A DNA stretch of 64,000 bases from Hyphomicrobium sp. (GTDB taxonomy: Bacteria > Pseudomonadota > Alphaproteobacteria > Rhizobiales > Hyphomicrobiaceae). How positions within the stretch are numbered: the stretch's first letter is position 1; each line of letters begins with the position of its first letter. The translations under genes and the position numbers were made by a program. The notes under the pieces are model-generated. The model was not told where the DNA came from and ran no database searches. It saw nothing but the letters and a program-made list of their open reading frames with translations. Shown one piece after another: positions 1-13,812 of the stretch. Where the stretch lies: NCBI RefSeq assembly GCF_035572195.1, contig NZ_DATNBA010000133.1:7021-71020 (forward strand), read 5' to 3'.

Positions 1-157
1 CCTTGAGGCCGCCGAGTTCGAAATGAACTTCGTGGCCCTCGAGATCTTCGCGGCGATTGCGGATTGCCGTTTGCTCGAAACGGTAGGCGCGGCCGTCCTC
101 GGCGTAGATCACGCCGACTCCGAGATCGCGGCGGAATTTTTTGATTTCTCCGTACAT
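1..157 (-). CDS. Divergent cold-shock-domain-like small protein (5' part; runs off the window edge)
   Basis: Not in ORF track. Translated by hand: MYGEIKKFRRDLGVGVIYAEDGRAYRFEQTAIRNRREDLEGHEVHFELGGLK...; AGGAGA RBS upstream of ATG 157; spacing pattern matches CSD (G-x-I-K-x-F, G-x-G-x-I, D-G, L-E-G-x-x-V-x-F-E). Confidence 0.6.
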   Translation of the reverse strand, partial: MYGEIKKFRRDLGVGVIYAEDGRAYRFEQTAIRNRREDLEGHEVHFELGGLK

Positions 158-501
158 GGGTCTCTCCTGAAGCAGCGGGTTGAGGACGTTTCCGTGTTCG
201 ATCGCTGCATCATGCTCGGAGGTGCGCGGAGCCGCTGTTCCGATGGGCACAGGAGATTGTGTGAGGAATGGAAAGTGCGCTGCGATGCCGGTTGAGGTTC
301 GCGCAACGCCTCTGAAACGGCAGCGGGGAGGAGCGTGGAACGGAGCCGCATGTCCGCATCCGCGCATCCTCCCCGCACCAGGACCGGTGGCGGCTCGGCT
401 AAGGAGGAAGCTCGCCGCCACTGGCCCATTGGGGCTCCGCTGGAAATTGCGCCTCCCGCATCAGCCGAGGGCACGCTCCGAGCAGAGTATTGCTGTCCGC
501 G

Positions 502-1584
502 TTACTTGAAAAAGGCGTCGGCCCTCATTCCAGGCAGCAACGGCGGATTGCCTTCGAGATCGACCGTCACCTCGAGAACCTCGACGTCGGTCGGACGGCG
601 CGCGCCGCGCAGAGCGAAGTGCGGCGATGACAATGTCGGCGCGAGTTCCGCTACGGTACCGGTGAACTCCTGGCCCGGATAAGCATTGCTCTTGACGACC
701 ACTTTGCCGCCGACCTTGATTTTCGAAACGTCGATCTCGTCGACTTCGGCTTTGAGACGCACGACCGACATATCGCCGAGAACGACAAGGGCTTGCTCGG
801 GCGAAGGGGCGATCATCTCGCCGGCCTTCGCAGGAAGCTGCAGCACGGTGCCGTCGACGGGAGCGCGAATGCGGGTTTTTTCGAGCAGCGCTTCGGCGAC
901 CGATATGTCCGAGCGAGCCGCCTGAAGCGCCGATTCCAACCGATTTGGCGCCGGGACGTTACGCTTGGCCGAGGCAGTCGCATAACGGCCGCGCTCTTTC
1001 TTAAGATCTTCCTGGGCTTTTGTGACGTTACGGCGGGCGTCTGCAACGCGTTCGGCGCTGCCGGTACCCTGGCGTTTCGCTTGTAGTTCGTACTCGAGCA
1101 CGAAGCGGGAATTCGTCACCGCGCGCTCGGCCGAAAACACGTTGTCCTCCGCATCACGAAGATCGTCGCGTCCTTTGTCCAGCGACTGCGCATCACGCTC
1201 ACGCTTGCGCGATGCGGCTTCGGCTTCAGCCGCTTGCAAACGGGCGCGCGCCTCTTCGTCATCGAGCCGGATCAGAAGTTCGCCTTCTTCGACCTTGTCG
1301 TTCAGTTTTACGGTGACTTCGGCAATGCGCCCGAGAAGTTGTGCGCCGACGCGAACGAGGCCGGACTTCGGCTCGACGCGACCGGGCGCGGCGGCGATCC
1401 AGTCGATTCTTGGCGCTGCCGTCTCGACTTTCAAAGTTTCTTCGTCAGTGGACTTTGCGCCCACGAGATCGCTGCGCGAAATAGCGATTGCGCCGAACGC
1501 CGCCGCCCCAACGACCAGCGCGAGGAGGAGAAGTTTCGTCAAAAATCCCCTCTTAGGACGGCGGTTGCCTTCATCAGTGCTCAT
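502..1584 (-). CDS. HlyD-family periplasmic adaptor (membrane fusion protein)
   Basis: N-terminal TM anchor, PGRVEP and G-x-I-x-x-V-x-V...V-x-x-G-x-L-L lipoyl-like half motifs, long coiled coil, IRAPVDGTV second half motif. Confidence 0.88.
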   Translation of the reverse strand: MSTDEGNRRPKRGFLTKLLLLALVVGAAAFGAIAISRSDLVGAKSTDEETLKVETAAPRIDWIAAAPGRVEPKSGLVRVGAQLLGRIAEVTVKLNDKVEEGELLIRLDDEEARARLQAAEAEAASRKRERDAQSLDKGRDDLRDAEDNVFSAERAVTNSRFVLEYELQAKRQGTGSAERVADARRNVTKAQEDLKKERGRYATASAKRNVPAPNRLESALQAARSDISVAEALLEKTRIRAPVDGTVLQLPAKAGEMIAPSPEQALVVLGDMSVVRLKAEVDEIDVSKIKVGGKVVVKSNAYPGQEFTGTVAELAPTLSSPHFALRGARRPTDVEVLEVTVDLEGNPPLLPGMRADAFFK

Positions 1585-1741
1585 GTCATAATCCTCCTTA
1601 AGAATTCAATCGCGAGCCGGCGCCTTTGCGCCTTCCCACAACACGAGCGACGCTAGCGATCCTAATCCTCATTGACTGTTTCCGGTGGAACAGCTCATCG
1701 GGCCGCTGAAAAAAAGTCCGTACGCGGAGACGGCATCAGGC

Positions 1742-1778
1742 AAAAAAGAAAAAAGGCCTCGGGAATTTCCCGAAGCCT
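1742..1778 (-). terminator. Rho-independent terminator of the 1827-2102 gene
   Basis: Stem 1754-1778 with a G-U pair on the minus strand, followed by a long U tract (A run 1742-1753 on plus). Confidence 0.7.
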
Positions 1779-1826
1779 CAGATTTCTCGATATTCGATGA
1801 AGGGCTGAACGGCGTTTTGCAAATTC

Positions 1827-2102
1827 CTATTGGCACATCTCGCGGAGTGTCCAACCGACGATCTTGCAGCTCTCGCGGCCGCTGCTATTGACCGTGCACC
1901 TGCGGTCCGGCAGGCGCTGATAATCACAGAAATAATTGCCGGAATGGCCGGAATAACCGTGCATCGGCTTGGCGAATTTATAGTCTTGAACGAAGACTTC
2001 TTTGCCCCCACGAGCTTCGGCAGGCGAGCCGTTGAAAAGCGCCGCACCGGCAATCGTCGAGAAAGCAATGGCGATTGCCAACGTGTTGCTGAGAGTTGTC
2101 AT
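1827..2102 (-). CDS. Small secreted protein, 4 Cys, unknown function
   Basis: AAGGAGG RBS; Sec-type signal peptide ending in AEA; own terminator downstream. Confidence 0.75.
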   Translation of the reverse strand: MTTLSNTLAIAIAFSTIAGAALFNGSPAEARGGKEVFVQDYKFAKPMHGYSGHSGNYFCDYQRLPDRRCTVNSSGRESCKIVGWTLREMCQ

Positions 2103-2350
2103 TTATGGGTCCTCCTTAGGTGGGCCGGCGGCCCGGGTTTATTTCGATGGAGGCAGATTTAGCGACAGCCGTGCTTGGCCGCTGTTCCCGTTGGAACAGG
2201 GGTGTCGGTGCGGAAGAAATTGAGGTGCTTCACGGACGTCATTTCAATATATGCCGCAGCGTGAGAACCTCACATCAGTCGCCGGCCGCGGTACTTAAAA
2301 GTGGCGCGCTCAATATCGATATAGACTATGCGAAATGCGGTGGGGTGGAA

Positions 2351-2944
2351 ATGACAAAACTCTGGGCGACGGTGGCAGGTCTTATCGCGATGTGGACGGG
2401 AGCGCCTAGTGTTGGGCCATCAAAAGTCGTGACGGGTACGGCTTACGATTTCGCGTTCTCAGGGATAGACGGTAAGCCGCTGCAGCTGGCCGACTGGCGG
2501 GGCAAGGTTCTGCTCGTCGTTAACACGGCATCGTTCTGCGGCTACACCAAGCAGTACGCCGGACTGCAAGAACTGTGGACGCGCTACGAGAAGGCCGGGC
2601 TCGTTGTGATCGGCGTGCCATCAAACGATTTTGGTGGCCAGGAACCGAAATCCGAAGGCGAAATAAAATCGTTCTGTCAGGGTGCATTCGGCGTCACCTT
2701 TCCTCTGACGTCGAAGCAGGTGGTGATTGGATCAGAGGCGCACCCCTTCTACAAATGGGCCGCCGATGCGATAGGCCCCAAGGGCCTGCCGAACTGGAAT
2801 TTCCATAAGTATTTGATTGGACGCGATGGGCGATTGCTGCGGTCGCTTTCGACGCGATTAGCGCCAGCGTCGGAGGAAGTTACCAGCTGGATCGAAAAGG
2901 CGCTCGCCGAACACGCCTCGCAAGGTGCGGCTCTTCAAAATTGA
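2351..2944 (+). CDS. Glutathione peroxidase family protein (Cys type), possible signal peptide
   Basis: VNTASFCGYT, PSNDFGGQEP and WNFHKYLI motifs; start moved to ATG 2351. Confidence 0.9.
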   Translation: MTKLWATVAGLIAMWTGAPSVGPSKVVTGTAYDFAFSGIDGKPLQLADWRGKVLLVVNTASFCGYTKQYAGLQELWTRYEKAGLVVIGVPSNDFGGQEPKSEGEIKSFCQGAFGVTFPLTSKQVVIGSEAHPFYKWAADAIGPKGLPNWNFHKYLIGRDGRLLRSLSTRLAPASEEVTSWIEKALAEHASQGAALQN

Positions 2945-3099
2945 ACCGCAATCGCTGTCGAGCGTTTGCTTTGGGTGCGAGCACGATTCTCCGCTCAACG
3001 GTGCCAAAGCTCTCCGCTTTGACTGTCGCCTGAATTCGGCTCCGCAGACCGTGGTTTCAATTGCGTCAGCCGCGCAATTGGCCGGCGGCAGAGCAACAC

Positions 3100-4722
3100 A
3101 TGACAGGCACATCAAACATGTTTCGAAATTTCGCACCGAACCGCCGTCAGGTCTTGCGGGGTACCGGTGGGGTCGTTCTGTCTTCATGTCTTTTTGAAGC
3201 AGCCGGCGAAGCTCATGCGTTCGCGGGCGTCAGCAACGACGAACTTGGGCCGCAGGTCCCGTTTTCGTTCGATGACGTCACAAGGCAGGCCGAGGAACTT
3301 GCCAAGAAACCGTACGAGGAGCCGACCGTGCCGTCGCCCGGCGTCTTGGCCGAGATCACCTATGACGAATATCAGCGCATCCGCTATCTCGCCGATAAAA
3401 GCCTTCGCCTTGACCGTGACGGGCACTACCCGGTGCAACTCTTCCACCTTGGCAAATATGCAACCCATCCCGTTCGCATTCATGTCGTCGAGGGCACGGC
3501 CGCCCGCGAAGTGATCTACAGTCCGAAGCTATTTGACATCCCGGAGGACAGTCCGGCGCGCAAACTTTCTGCCGGAACGGGCTTCGCCGGCTTTCGCGTC
3601 ATGGCGGACGACCTCAAGACGGATTGGTTCGCCGCAATGGGCGCTTCCTACTTCCGCACGTCCGGACCGTTCAATCAGTATGGCCTCTCGGCGCGCGGCA
3701 TCGCAATCGATACGGCGATGCCGAAGCCCGAAGAGTTTCCCCGGTTCACTCACTACTGGCTCGAAGGTCCGCACGAGGCCCAAGGGCCTCTGACGATCTA
3801 CGGACTGCTTGAGGGACCAAGTGTTACCGGCGCATATCGGATGCGTACCGAGCGGTCGACCAACGCCAAGGGCATCGCTCGCATCGTCATGGACATCGAG
3901 GCGCGGCTCTTTGCGCGCCAAGATATTGATCGCATCGGTATCGCGCCATTCTCCAGCATGTTCTGGTACGGAGAGGCGAACCGAAAGCAGGCGACGGACT
4001 GGCATCCGGAAATTCACGACAGCGACGGTCTTGCCATTCTCACGGGTACGGGCGAGCGGATTTGGCGACCGCTCAACAATCCACCGCGCGTTATGACCAG
4101 CGTTTTCGTGGACCGCGACGTCAAGGGTTTCGGACTGCTACAGCGCGATCGCGAATTCGGCCACTACTTGGATGACGGCATCTTCTACGAACGACGCCCG
4201 TCGGTGTGGGTCGAGCCGCTCGATCCGTGGGGTGAAGGCGCGGTGCAGCTGGTAGAAATTCAGACGACCGATGAGACCTTTGACAACATCGTCGCTTACT
4301 GGGCGCCGAAAGACGACTTCAAATCCGGGCAGCGGCGGACTTGGCGATATCGGCTTTCATGGCTGGACGAAATTCCGTTCCCGGAGGGGATCGCACGCTC
4401 TATAGGAACATGGACGGGTCTCGGCGGCCGCCCCGGACAAGAACGCCCGGCGGACGTTCGCAAGTTCGTCATCGATTTTGAGGGGAAGGCTTTCGAGGGC
4501 CTCGGCCGCAACGACGGTGTCGAACTCATCGTCGACGCGTCTCACGGGATCGCGTCGGGCGTCTACAACCATCCGGTTGTCGATCAGAAACAACGCTGGC
4601 GGGCCATTTTCGACATCAAAGCCATTGGCGCCGGCCCGGTCGATCTCAGGGTGTTCCTTCGCAAGGACAAGCAGGCGCTGACGGAAACTTGGATTTACCA
4701 GTATTTCCCCAACGAGACGTGA
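3100..4722 (+). CDS. opgD: Periplasmic glucan biosynthesis protein, OpgD/MdoD-like, Tat-exported
   Basis: NRRQVL twin-arginine signal; GASYFR, YGLSARG, PEIHDSDGL, ETFDNIVAYW motifs. Start 3100 or 3118. Confidence 0.85.
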   Translation: MTGTSNMFRNFAPNRRQVLRGTGGVVLSSCLFEAAGEAHAFAGVSNDELGPQVPFSFDDVTRQAEELAKKPYEEPTVPSPGVLAEITYDEYQRIRYLADKSLRLDRDGHYPVQLFHLGKYATHPVRIHVVEGTAAREVIYSPKLFDIPEDSPARKLSAGTGFAGFRVMADDLKTDWFAAMGASYFRTSGPFNQYGLSARGIAIDTAMPKPEEFPRFTHYWLEGPHEAQGPLTIYGLLEGPSVTGAYRMRTERSTNAKGIARIVMDIEARLFARQDIDRIGIAPFSSMFWYGEANRKQATDWHPEIHDSDGLAILTGTGERIWRPLNNPPRVMTSVFVDRDVKGFGLLQRDREFGHYLDDGIFYERRPSVWVEPLDPWGEGAVQLVEIQTTDETFDNIVAYWAPKDDFKSGQRRTWRYRLSWLDEIPFPEGIARSIGTWTGLGGRPGQERPADVRKFVIDFEGKAFEGLGRNDGVELIVDASHGIASGVYNHPVVDQKQRWRAIFDIKAIGAGPVDLRVFLRKDKQALTETWIYQYFPNET

Positions 4723-4738
4723 CAACAGGGCCTGGCAC

Positions 4739-5626
4739 CTAGTGCGCCGCGCCCGTCTCAACCGGCAAACCGTTGTCCTGGCCCCACTCGGCCCAACTGC
4801 CATCGTAGACGGCAGCGTTCGTCTGGCCCAGCACTGCAAGCGCCAATGCGAGCATTGAGGCGGTGACGCCCGAGCCGCACGTCGTCACGACCGACTTCGA
4901 CACGTCGATGCCGACGCTCTTGAACAACGCGCTGAGTTCAGCCGGCGATTTGAACGTGCCGTCGGGATTCAACAGCTGCTGCGACGGGACGTTCTTGGCA
5001 CCCGGAATATGACCCGAGCGCAGGCCCGGCCGAGGTTCGGCCTCGCGCCCCTCGAAACGGCCGGCGGGACGCGCATCGACGATTTGCGTGCCGGACTTCT
5101 TCAGAAGCGCCTTCATTTCTTCGAGGTCGCGAATGATTTCGGTGTTCTGCAACGGCGTGTAATGCCGTTCCGAGCGCTGGGCGGGACGGCCGTCTTCCAG
5201 CGGCCGGCCCTCGGCCTTCCATTTCCTTAGACCGCCATTCAATACGGCCACGTCCTGGTGCCCCATGGCGCGGAACGTCCACCACACGCGCGCTGCTGAA
5301 AAGATGCCATTGGTGTCGTAGACGACGATTCGCGCACCGTCGCCAATGCCCATTTTCTTCATGCGCGACGCGAACTTAACCGTCGACGGCAGCATATGGG
5401 GAAGCGACGATTTCTCGTCCGAAAGATCGTCGATATCGAAGAACAGGGCGCCTGGAATGTGCTCGGCGAGATATTCCTTCTTTGCGTCGCGGCCTGCTGT
5501 CGGAAGATGCCAGCTGCCGTCGAGCACGATAAGGTCGGGAGAGGATAGATGGCTCGCGAGCCAGTCCGTTTCGACGATCCAGTTCTTAGCGGTCTTTGGC
5601 AAGAGGTTCCCCACGCTCGAAGTCAT
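4739..5626 (-). CDS. sseA: 3-mercaptopyruvate sulfurtransferase (tandem rhodanese)
   Basis: EHIPGALFFDID, GHIPGA, active-site CGSGVTA, YDGSWAEW. Start 5626 (ATG) or 5602 (TTG). Confidence 0.9.
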   Translation of the reverse strand: MTSSVGNLLPKTAKNWIVETDWLASHLSSPDLIVLDGSWHLPTAGRDAKKEYLAEHIPGALFFDIDDLSDEKSSLPHMLPSTVKFASRMKKMGIGDGARIVVYDTNGIFSAARVWWTFRAMGHQDVAVLNGGLRKWKAEGRPLEDGRPAQRSERHYTPLQNTEIIRDLEEMKALLKKSGTQIVDARPAGRFEGREAEPRPGLRSGHIPGAKNVPSQQLLNPDGTFKSPAELSALFKSVGIDVSKSVVTTCGSGVTASMLALALAVLGQTNAAVYDGSWAEWGQDNGLPVETGAAH

Positions 5627-5951
5627 TGCGGAAATTACGGCTGACAGCACATAGGCAAAACTCCCCTGCGTCGCAAGTTGGCGAAAGTGCCTTCTGACAG
5701 CGCCGATGTCGTTCTGCTGGCTGGTCCTTGAACAAAGTTTATCGTGCTCGTTCCATACGATCTGCAAGCTCCCGCGATGTCGGTTCCGCCGCGCCGATGA
5801 GGCCGCTCAGATCCACCACCGCAGCACATCTTTCGTTATTCATACATAATCGCATCCGTTGACGAGTTTCGCTTGTCGCGAGAAACTGTACCATTAGTGT
5901 ATTTCACGTCGTCTCCGTTTCGCCGGGGGCGGGCCCAAAAGTGATTTTATC

Positions 5952-6095
5952 ATGTTTTTCAAAGCCATTGCTTTGCTGATCGCCGCCATCGTCGGCTACT
6001 ACTTATTCGACACCGGCTCTGAACAAGGCGCCATTTTCCTTGCGCTGCCGGTTTCGGCAATCGCGGTCGTACTGCTGCTTGGGTGGTCAAGCTGA
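5952..6095 (+). CDS. Putative 47-aa two-helix membrane protein
   Basis: Below ORF-track cutoff. MFFKAIALLIAAIVGYYLFDTGSEQGAIFLALPVSAIAVVLLLGWSS; two hydrophobic stretches joined by a polar turn. Confidence 0.55.
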   Translation: MFFKAIALLIAAIVGYYLFDTGSEQGAIFLALPVSAIAVVLLLGWSS

Positions 6096-6335
6096 CGGTT
6101 CCGCCCGCTTTGGCCGTTTGGGCGGCCTAGGGCCGTTCCCGCGCTTGCGATTTGCGCATTGTTTTCGGAACCGCTCCCGCGTATGAAAGCGGCTCCCCAG
6201 CCTTGTGTGCCGGACGCCTCCTGATAATAGCAGGACGACTAGCGCCATTCGGTGCAGGAGTGAACGATTGCGCCGGATTTTGCCGGCCGATCGTGTTGAA
6301 GGTTAAGCGGCGGAAGGCAAAGACGGACTTCGGAC

Positions 6336-6420
6336 GCGGGCGTGGCGGAACTGGTAGACGCACTTGGTTTAGGTCCAAGCGGCGAAAGTCGTGGGGGTTC
6401 AAATCCCTCCGCCCGCACCA
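6336..6420 (+). tRNA. tRNA-Leu (TAG)
   Basis: Acceptor GCGGGCG/CGCCCGC, anticodon arm CTTGG-TTTAGGT-CCAAG, long variable arm, TTCAAAT loop, encoded CCA. Confidence 0.97.
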
Positions 6421-6528
6421 GTGCGCCTTTGGGGGCCGCCGGGATAGAAGATTTGTAGACAGACAGACGACTTCCCAGACTATTGGTCGATCGATGAGAC
6501 CAACGGGTCTCCAATCAGGAAACGGACG

Positions 6529-7887
6529 ATGCAGGTTACGGAAACGGCACGAGACGGATTGAAGCGCACCCTGCAAGTGGTCGTCGCGCAGGCTGAGTTG
6601 AGCGAGCGCTTCACAGAGCGTCTCGATGAACTCAAGGACCGGGTACAAATCAAAGGCTTCCGTCGCGGCAAGGTCCCGCTGACGCATCTGAAAAAGCTCT
6701 ACGGCAAATCGTTGATGCAGGAAGTGATGGAGCAGACGCTCAACGATACGAGCGCCAAGGTCATCAAGGATCGCAACGAACGTCCCGCGCAGCAGCCGAA
6801 AGTCGAGCTCGTCGAGGCTAACGAGGAAACATTCGAACGCATCGTCAATGGCGAGGCGGACCTCGCCTATAACATGTCGTTTGAGGTTTTGCCGCCGATT
6901 CCCGTCGCCGACCTCAAGACATTGAAGCTCGAGCGGCTCGTCGCCGACGTCGATGATGCGGCGATCGACAAGGCGCTGTCGGATCTTGCGGAGCGGAACA
7001 CGTCATTTGAACCCGAGGACGGCCGCGCCGCAGGCGAAGGCGATCTCGTGACCATGAACTTTGTCGGCCGCGTCGATGGAGAAACGTTCGAGGGCGGCTC
7101 GGGAGAGGGCGCCAGTCTCGTCATCGGCAAAAAGCAGTTCATACCGGGCTTCGAAGAAGGCGTAACGGGCCTGAAGGCAGGAGACAAAAAGGTCGTTACG
7201 GCGACCTTCCCGGACGACTATCCGATGAAGCAGCTGGCCGGCAAGACGGCCGATTTCGACGTCGAGGTAACGGCCGTCGCCAAACCGAAAAAGCCCGAAA
7301 TCGACGAAGATTTTGCCAAGGGCCTCGGCGCGGAAACCCTCGAAAAGCTTCGCGGCTTCGTTTCCGAGCAGATCAAGCGCGAGTACGACCAGGCGTCGCG
7401 CGCCAAGCTGAAGCGCGAGATTCTGGACGCGCTCGACGCCGAACACAAATTTGAGTTGCCGGCATCCCTTGTCGATTTCGAATTCAACAATATATGGACG
7501 CAACTCGAGAACAATCTCAAAGCCACGAACAAAAGCTTCGCCGACGAAGGCAAAACCGAGGATGAAGCGCGTGCCGAATATCGCGGCATCGCCGAGCGGC
7601 GGGTCCGGCTCGGGCTCGTGATCGGCGAGATCGGTGAGAAGAACAAGTTGCAGGTTTCACAGGAAGAAATGCGCCGCGCCCTCGTCGAGCAGGCCCGCCG
7701 CTATCCCGGCCACGAGAAGCAGGTTTACGAGTACTACGAAAAGACGCCGGGAGCGCTCACCGAGCTTCGCGCCCCGATTTTCGAAGACAAGGTCATCGAT
7801 CACGTGATTGCACAGGCAACTCCAACGGAAAAGAAAGTATCACGAGACGAACTCTTGAAAGCAGTGGAAGAAGCGACCGAGAGCTGA
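6529..7887 (+). CDS. tig: Trigger factor
   Basis: GFRRGKVP signature, FKBP domain (FIPGFEEG), conserved position after tRNA-Leu. Confidence 0.97.
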   Translation: MQVTETARDGLKRTLQVVVAQAELSERFTERLDELKDRVQIKGFRRGKVPLTHLKKLYGKSLMQEVMEQTLNDTSAKVIKDRNERPAQQPKVELVEANEETFERIVNGEADLAYNMSFEVLPPIPVADLKTLKLERLVADVDDAAIDKALSDLAERNTSFEPEDGRAAGEGDLVTMNFVGRVDGETFEGGSGEGASLVIGKKQFIPGFEEGVTGLKAGDKKVVTATFPDDYPMKQLAGKTADFDVEVTAVAKPKKPEIDEDFAKGLGAETLEKLRGFVSEQIKREYDQASRAKLKREILDALDAEHKFELPASLVDFEFNNIWTQLENNLKATNKSFADEGKTEDEARAEYRGIAERRVRLGLVIGEIGEKNKLQVSQEEMRRALVEQARRYPGHEKQVYEYYEKTPGALTELRAPIFEDKVIDHVIAQATPTEKKVSRDELLKAVEEATES

Positions 7888-7999
7888 GCCGGCCGGGTTC
7901 TCAAGGCCATCCCGGCGGCGCAATCTCTGCGAGCTAGAATATGCGACTCTGACCGCCGGCCGAGACGGCCGTGCGGCTGAAACGAGGAAAGACGAAGCA

Positions 8000-8650
8000 A
8001 TGCGCGATCCTGTCAACACCGTGACGAACACGTTCTGGCCTATGGTGGTCGAACAGACGACGCGCGGCGAGCGCGGATACGACCTGCCGTCGCGCCTGCT
8101 GAAAGAGCGCATCATCTTCGTCACCGGTCCGGTCGAGGACCACATGGCGGCATCGATCTGCATGCAGCTTCTGTTTCTCGAGTCCGAGAACCCGAAGAAA
8201 GAAATTTCGATGTACATCAATACGCCGGGCGGTGTCGTCACGGCGGGCATGGCGATCTACGACACCATGCAGTTCGTGAAGCCTGCGGTTGCGACGTTGT
8301 GCATCGGTCAGGCGGCGTCGATGGGGTCGTTGCTTCTTTGCGCTGGTGAGAAGGGCATGCGCTACGCGCTGCCGAACGCCCGCGTCATGGTGCATCAGCC
8401 CTCGGGCGGTTTCTCCGGTCAGGCTTCCGATATCGAACGCCACGCCGAGGACATCATCAAGATGAAGCGGCGGCTCAACGAAGCGTACGTCAAGCACACC
8501 GGCCAGACCTACGAGATGATCGAGAAGACGCTCGATCGCGACTACTTCCTCACGGCGGAGCAGGCGTGTGACTTCGGACTCATCGATAAGGTTCTGCAAA
8601 GCCGGGATGAAACCGAAGCGGGCGTGTTCGATATCAAGGCGGCGACTTGA
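8000..8650 (+). CDS. clpP: ATP-dependent Clp protease proteolytic subunit
   Basis: YINTPGG, AASMG (catalytic Ser), [14 protein letters not shown]. Confidence 0.98.
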   Translation: MRDPVNTVTNTFWPMVVEQTTRGERGYDLPSRLLKERIIFVTGPVEDHMAASICMQLLFLESENPKKEISMYINTPGGVVTAGMAIYDTMQFVKPAVATLCIGQAASMGSLLLCAGEKGMRYALPNARVMVHQPSGGFSGQASDIERHAEDIIKMKRRLNEAYVKHTGQTYEMIEKTLDRDYFLTAEQACDFGLIDKVLQSRDETEAGVFDIKAAT

Positions 8651-8985
8651 TAGGTGCAGCAGCAACGCAATTGTCGCACCGCGGCAGATTGCAACGCTGC
8701 GCCGCCGTCGATCAATAACGAGAACAAATGCCCAACACCCGCCGCCGCCGTTTGGTGAATTTTAAGCGTGAATTGCGGTGTTGCCTGCACGTCCGCCTGA
8801 CTGTGGCAATACCGCCGCTTGCGAGGTGCGGCCGGGTGCGTTCCATTAATCCAATGTTGATCTGCTGAACGGTAGCGTGCTGATGTTCGTTCGGAGTTTT
8901 CTAGTCGCCGAACGTTGGCAGTGAACAGCGGGCCAAAGCAAGAACATCGAAGAAGCGATGGATCTTGCATTGAAGGTGAGAAGAA

Positions 8986-10236
<1,251 letters not shown>

Positions 10237-10514
10237 TGCGGGAAGCGACTGCCGGCCCTTCCGGAGGGGCCGGTCCCGACACTTGCGAAGCGGGGCGATG
10301 GTCCCCATTTGTTCGAAGGGTGGCGTTAAGCGGCCGACCGGGGATTTATTCACAGTTCCGGAATTTGGCTCTTGAGTTCCCCCACGCTCGCGCTCACGAG
10401 CACGCCAACGTCGCCACAAAAGGGGCGGGAAGCGTGGCTCCTAAAGTGGAACGATGCGTGCAATGCGTTGGTAGGCTTTGAAAAGAGTTTCAGCGCTCGG
10501 CGATAGGTATTGAA

Positions 10515-12941
<2,427 letters not shown>

Positions 12942-12987
12942 CGTTGCGCCGATCTGAAATCGGTCACCGATTGGTGAACGGAAATTG

Positions 12988-13018
12988 CCCCTGCGCATGC
13001 TCTGCGCAGGGGTTTTTT
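12988..13018 (+). terminator. Rho-independent terminator after lon
   Basis: CCCCTGCGCA-TGCTC-TGCGCAGGGG followed by TTTTTT. Confidence 0.85.
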
Positions 13019-13203
13019 GTTGTGGCGATTGCGAGCATTTTGACGCGCATTTATGCGGAAATACGGGCGATTTGCGCTTGACGGACGATGCGTTTGAGCG
13101 CTTTTAGCCGGTCATGCGCGGCCGGTGTTTCCCCCGATGTGGCCGCCTCGGGCTTCGCGCCCTGAGCTGAAGCCCACTCTCCCAAATTAGAGGACCGATT
13201 CAC

Positions 13204-13476
13204 ATGAGCAAAAAAGATTTGATTGATGCCGTCGCCAGGGAGTGCGAACTCACGAAGGAAAAGGCGAGCGTTGCCGTCGACGCTGTGCTTGCGCATATTC
13301 GCGCAGCAATGAAGGACGGCCACGAAGTACGCATTCCGGATTTTGGAACATTCAAGGTCGCCGACCGCAAGGCGCGCGAGGGGCGTAACCCGGCAACCGG
13401 TATGACGATCCAGATCCCGGCGTCGCGCGTGCCGAAGTTCACCCCTGCGAAGGGCCTGAAGGACGCGCTGAACTGA
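13204..13476 (+). CDS. hupB: HU family DNA-binding protein
   Basis: MSKKDLI, FGTF, REGRNPATG, PKFTP; conserved position after lon. Confidence 0.93.
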   Translation: MSKKDLIDAVARECELTKEKASVAVDAVLAHIRAAMKDGHEVRIPDFGTFKVADRKAREGRNPATGMTIQIPASRVPKFTPAKGLKDALN

Positions 13477-13500
13477 TTGTTCTGCTTTGATGTCTAGCCG

Positions 13501-13537
13501 GACGCGCGCAGCGACAAGCCGCGCGCGTCTTTGTTTT
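13501..13537 (+). terminator. Terminator after hupB
   Basis: GACGCGCGC / GCGCGCGTC stem followed by TTTGTTTT. Confidence 0.65.
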
Positions 13538-13564
13538 GACAGTCTGCGATTGAGCGACTAGCAG
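13536..13564 (+). promoter_or_regulatory. Candidate sigma70 promoter for tRNA-Val
   Basis: TTGACA-N17-TAGCAG ending 11 nt before the tRNA; weak -10. Confidence 0.45.
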
Positions 13565-13575
13565 AAAGTTGCTTC

Positions 13576-13650
13576 GGGCGGTTAGCTCAGCGGTAGAGCG
13601 CCTCGTTTACACCGAGGATGTCGGGGGTTCGATCCCCTCACCGCCCACCA
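13576..13650 (+). tRNA. tRNA-Val (TAC)
   Basis: GGGCGGT/ACCGCCC acceptor, CCTCG-TTTACAC-CGAGG anticodon arm, TTCGAT loop, CCA. Confidence 0.97.
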
Positions 13651-13812
13651 TCTCTGATTGGCGCTGGCGACTCCCCTGCGGGGAGCCGGCCGCCAGTGCC
13701 GAAGAATCGCGGTGGCCGCTCCGCTCGGCGCGGATATCCGCATCGCGTACGGTACCTAGCCGTCTCACCGACCGTCATCGCTCCACACATCATTCCGAGG
13801 GAAATAAAGACC

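Noticed and set aside
158-501. Possible riboswitch in the long intergenic region
   Set aside because: Checked by eye for TPP, cobalamin, glycine, SAM-II and guanidine-I signatures; none found. Only a generic hairpin is claimed.
8775-8815. 11-bp stem with 19-nt loop in the clpP-clpX spacer
   Set aside because: No U tract, far from the RBS and no family match; cannot assign a function.
8846-8860. CtrA-like box TTAA-N7-TTGA upstream of clpX
   Set aside because: Second half-site mismatched and single occurrence; too weak without conservation data.
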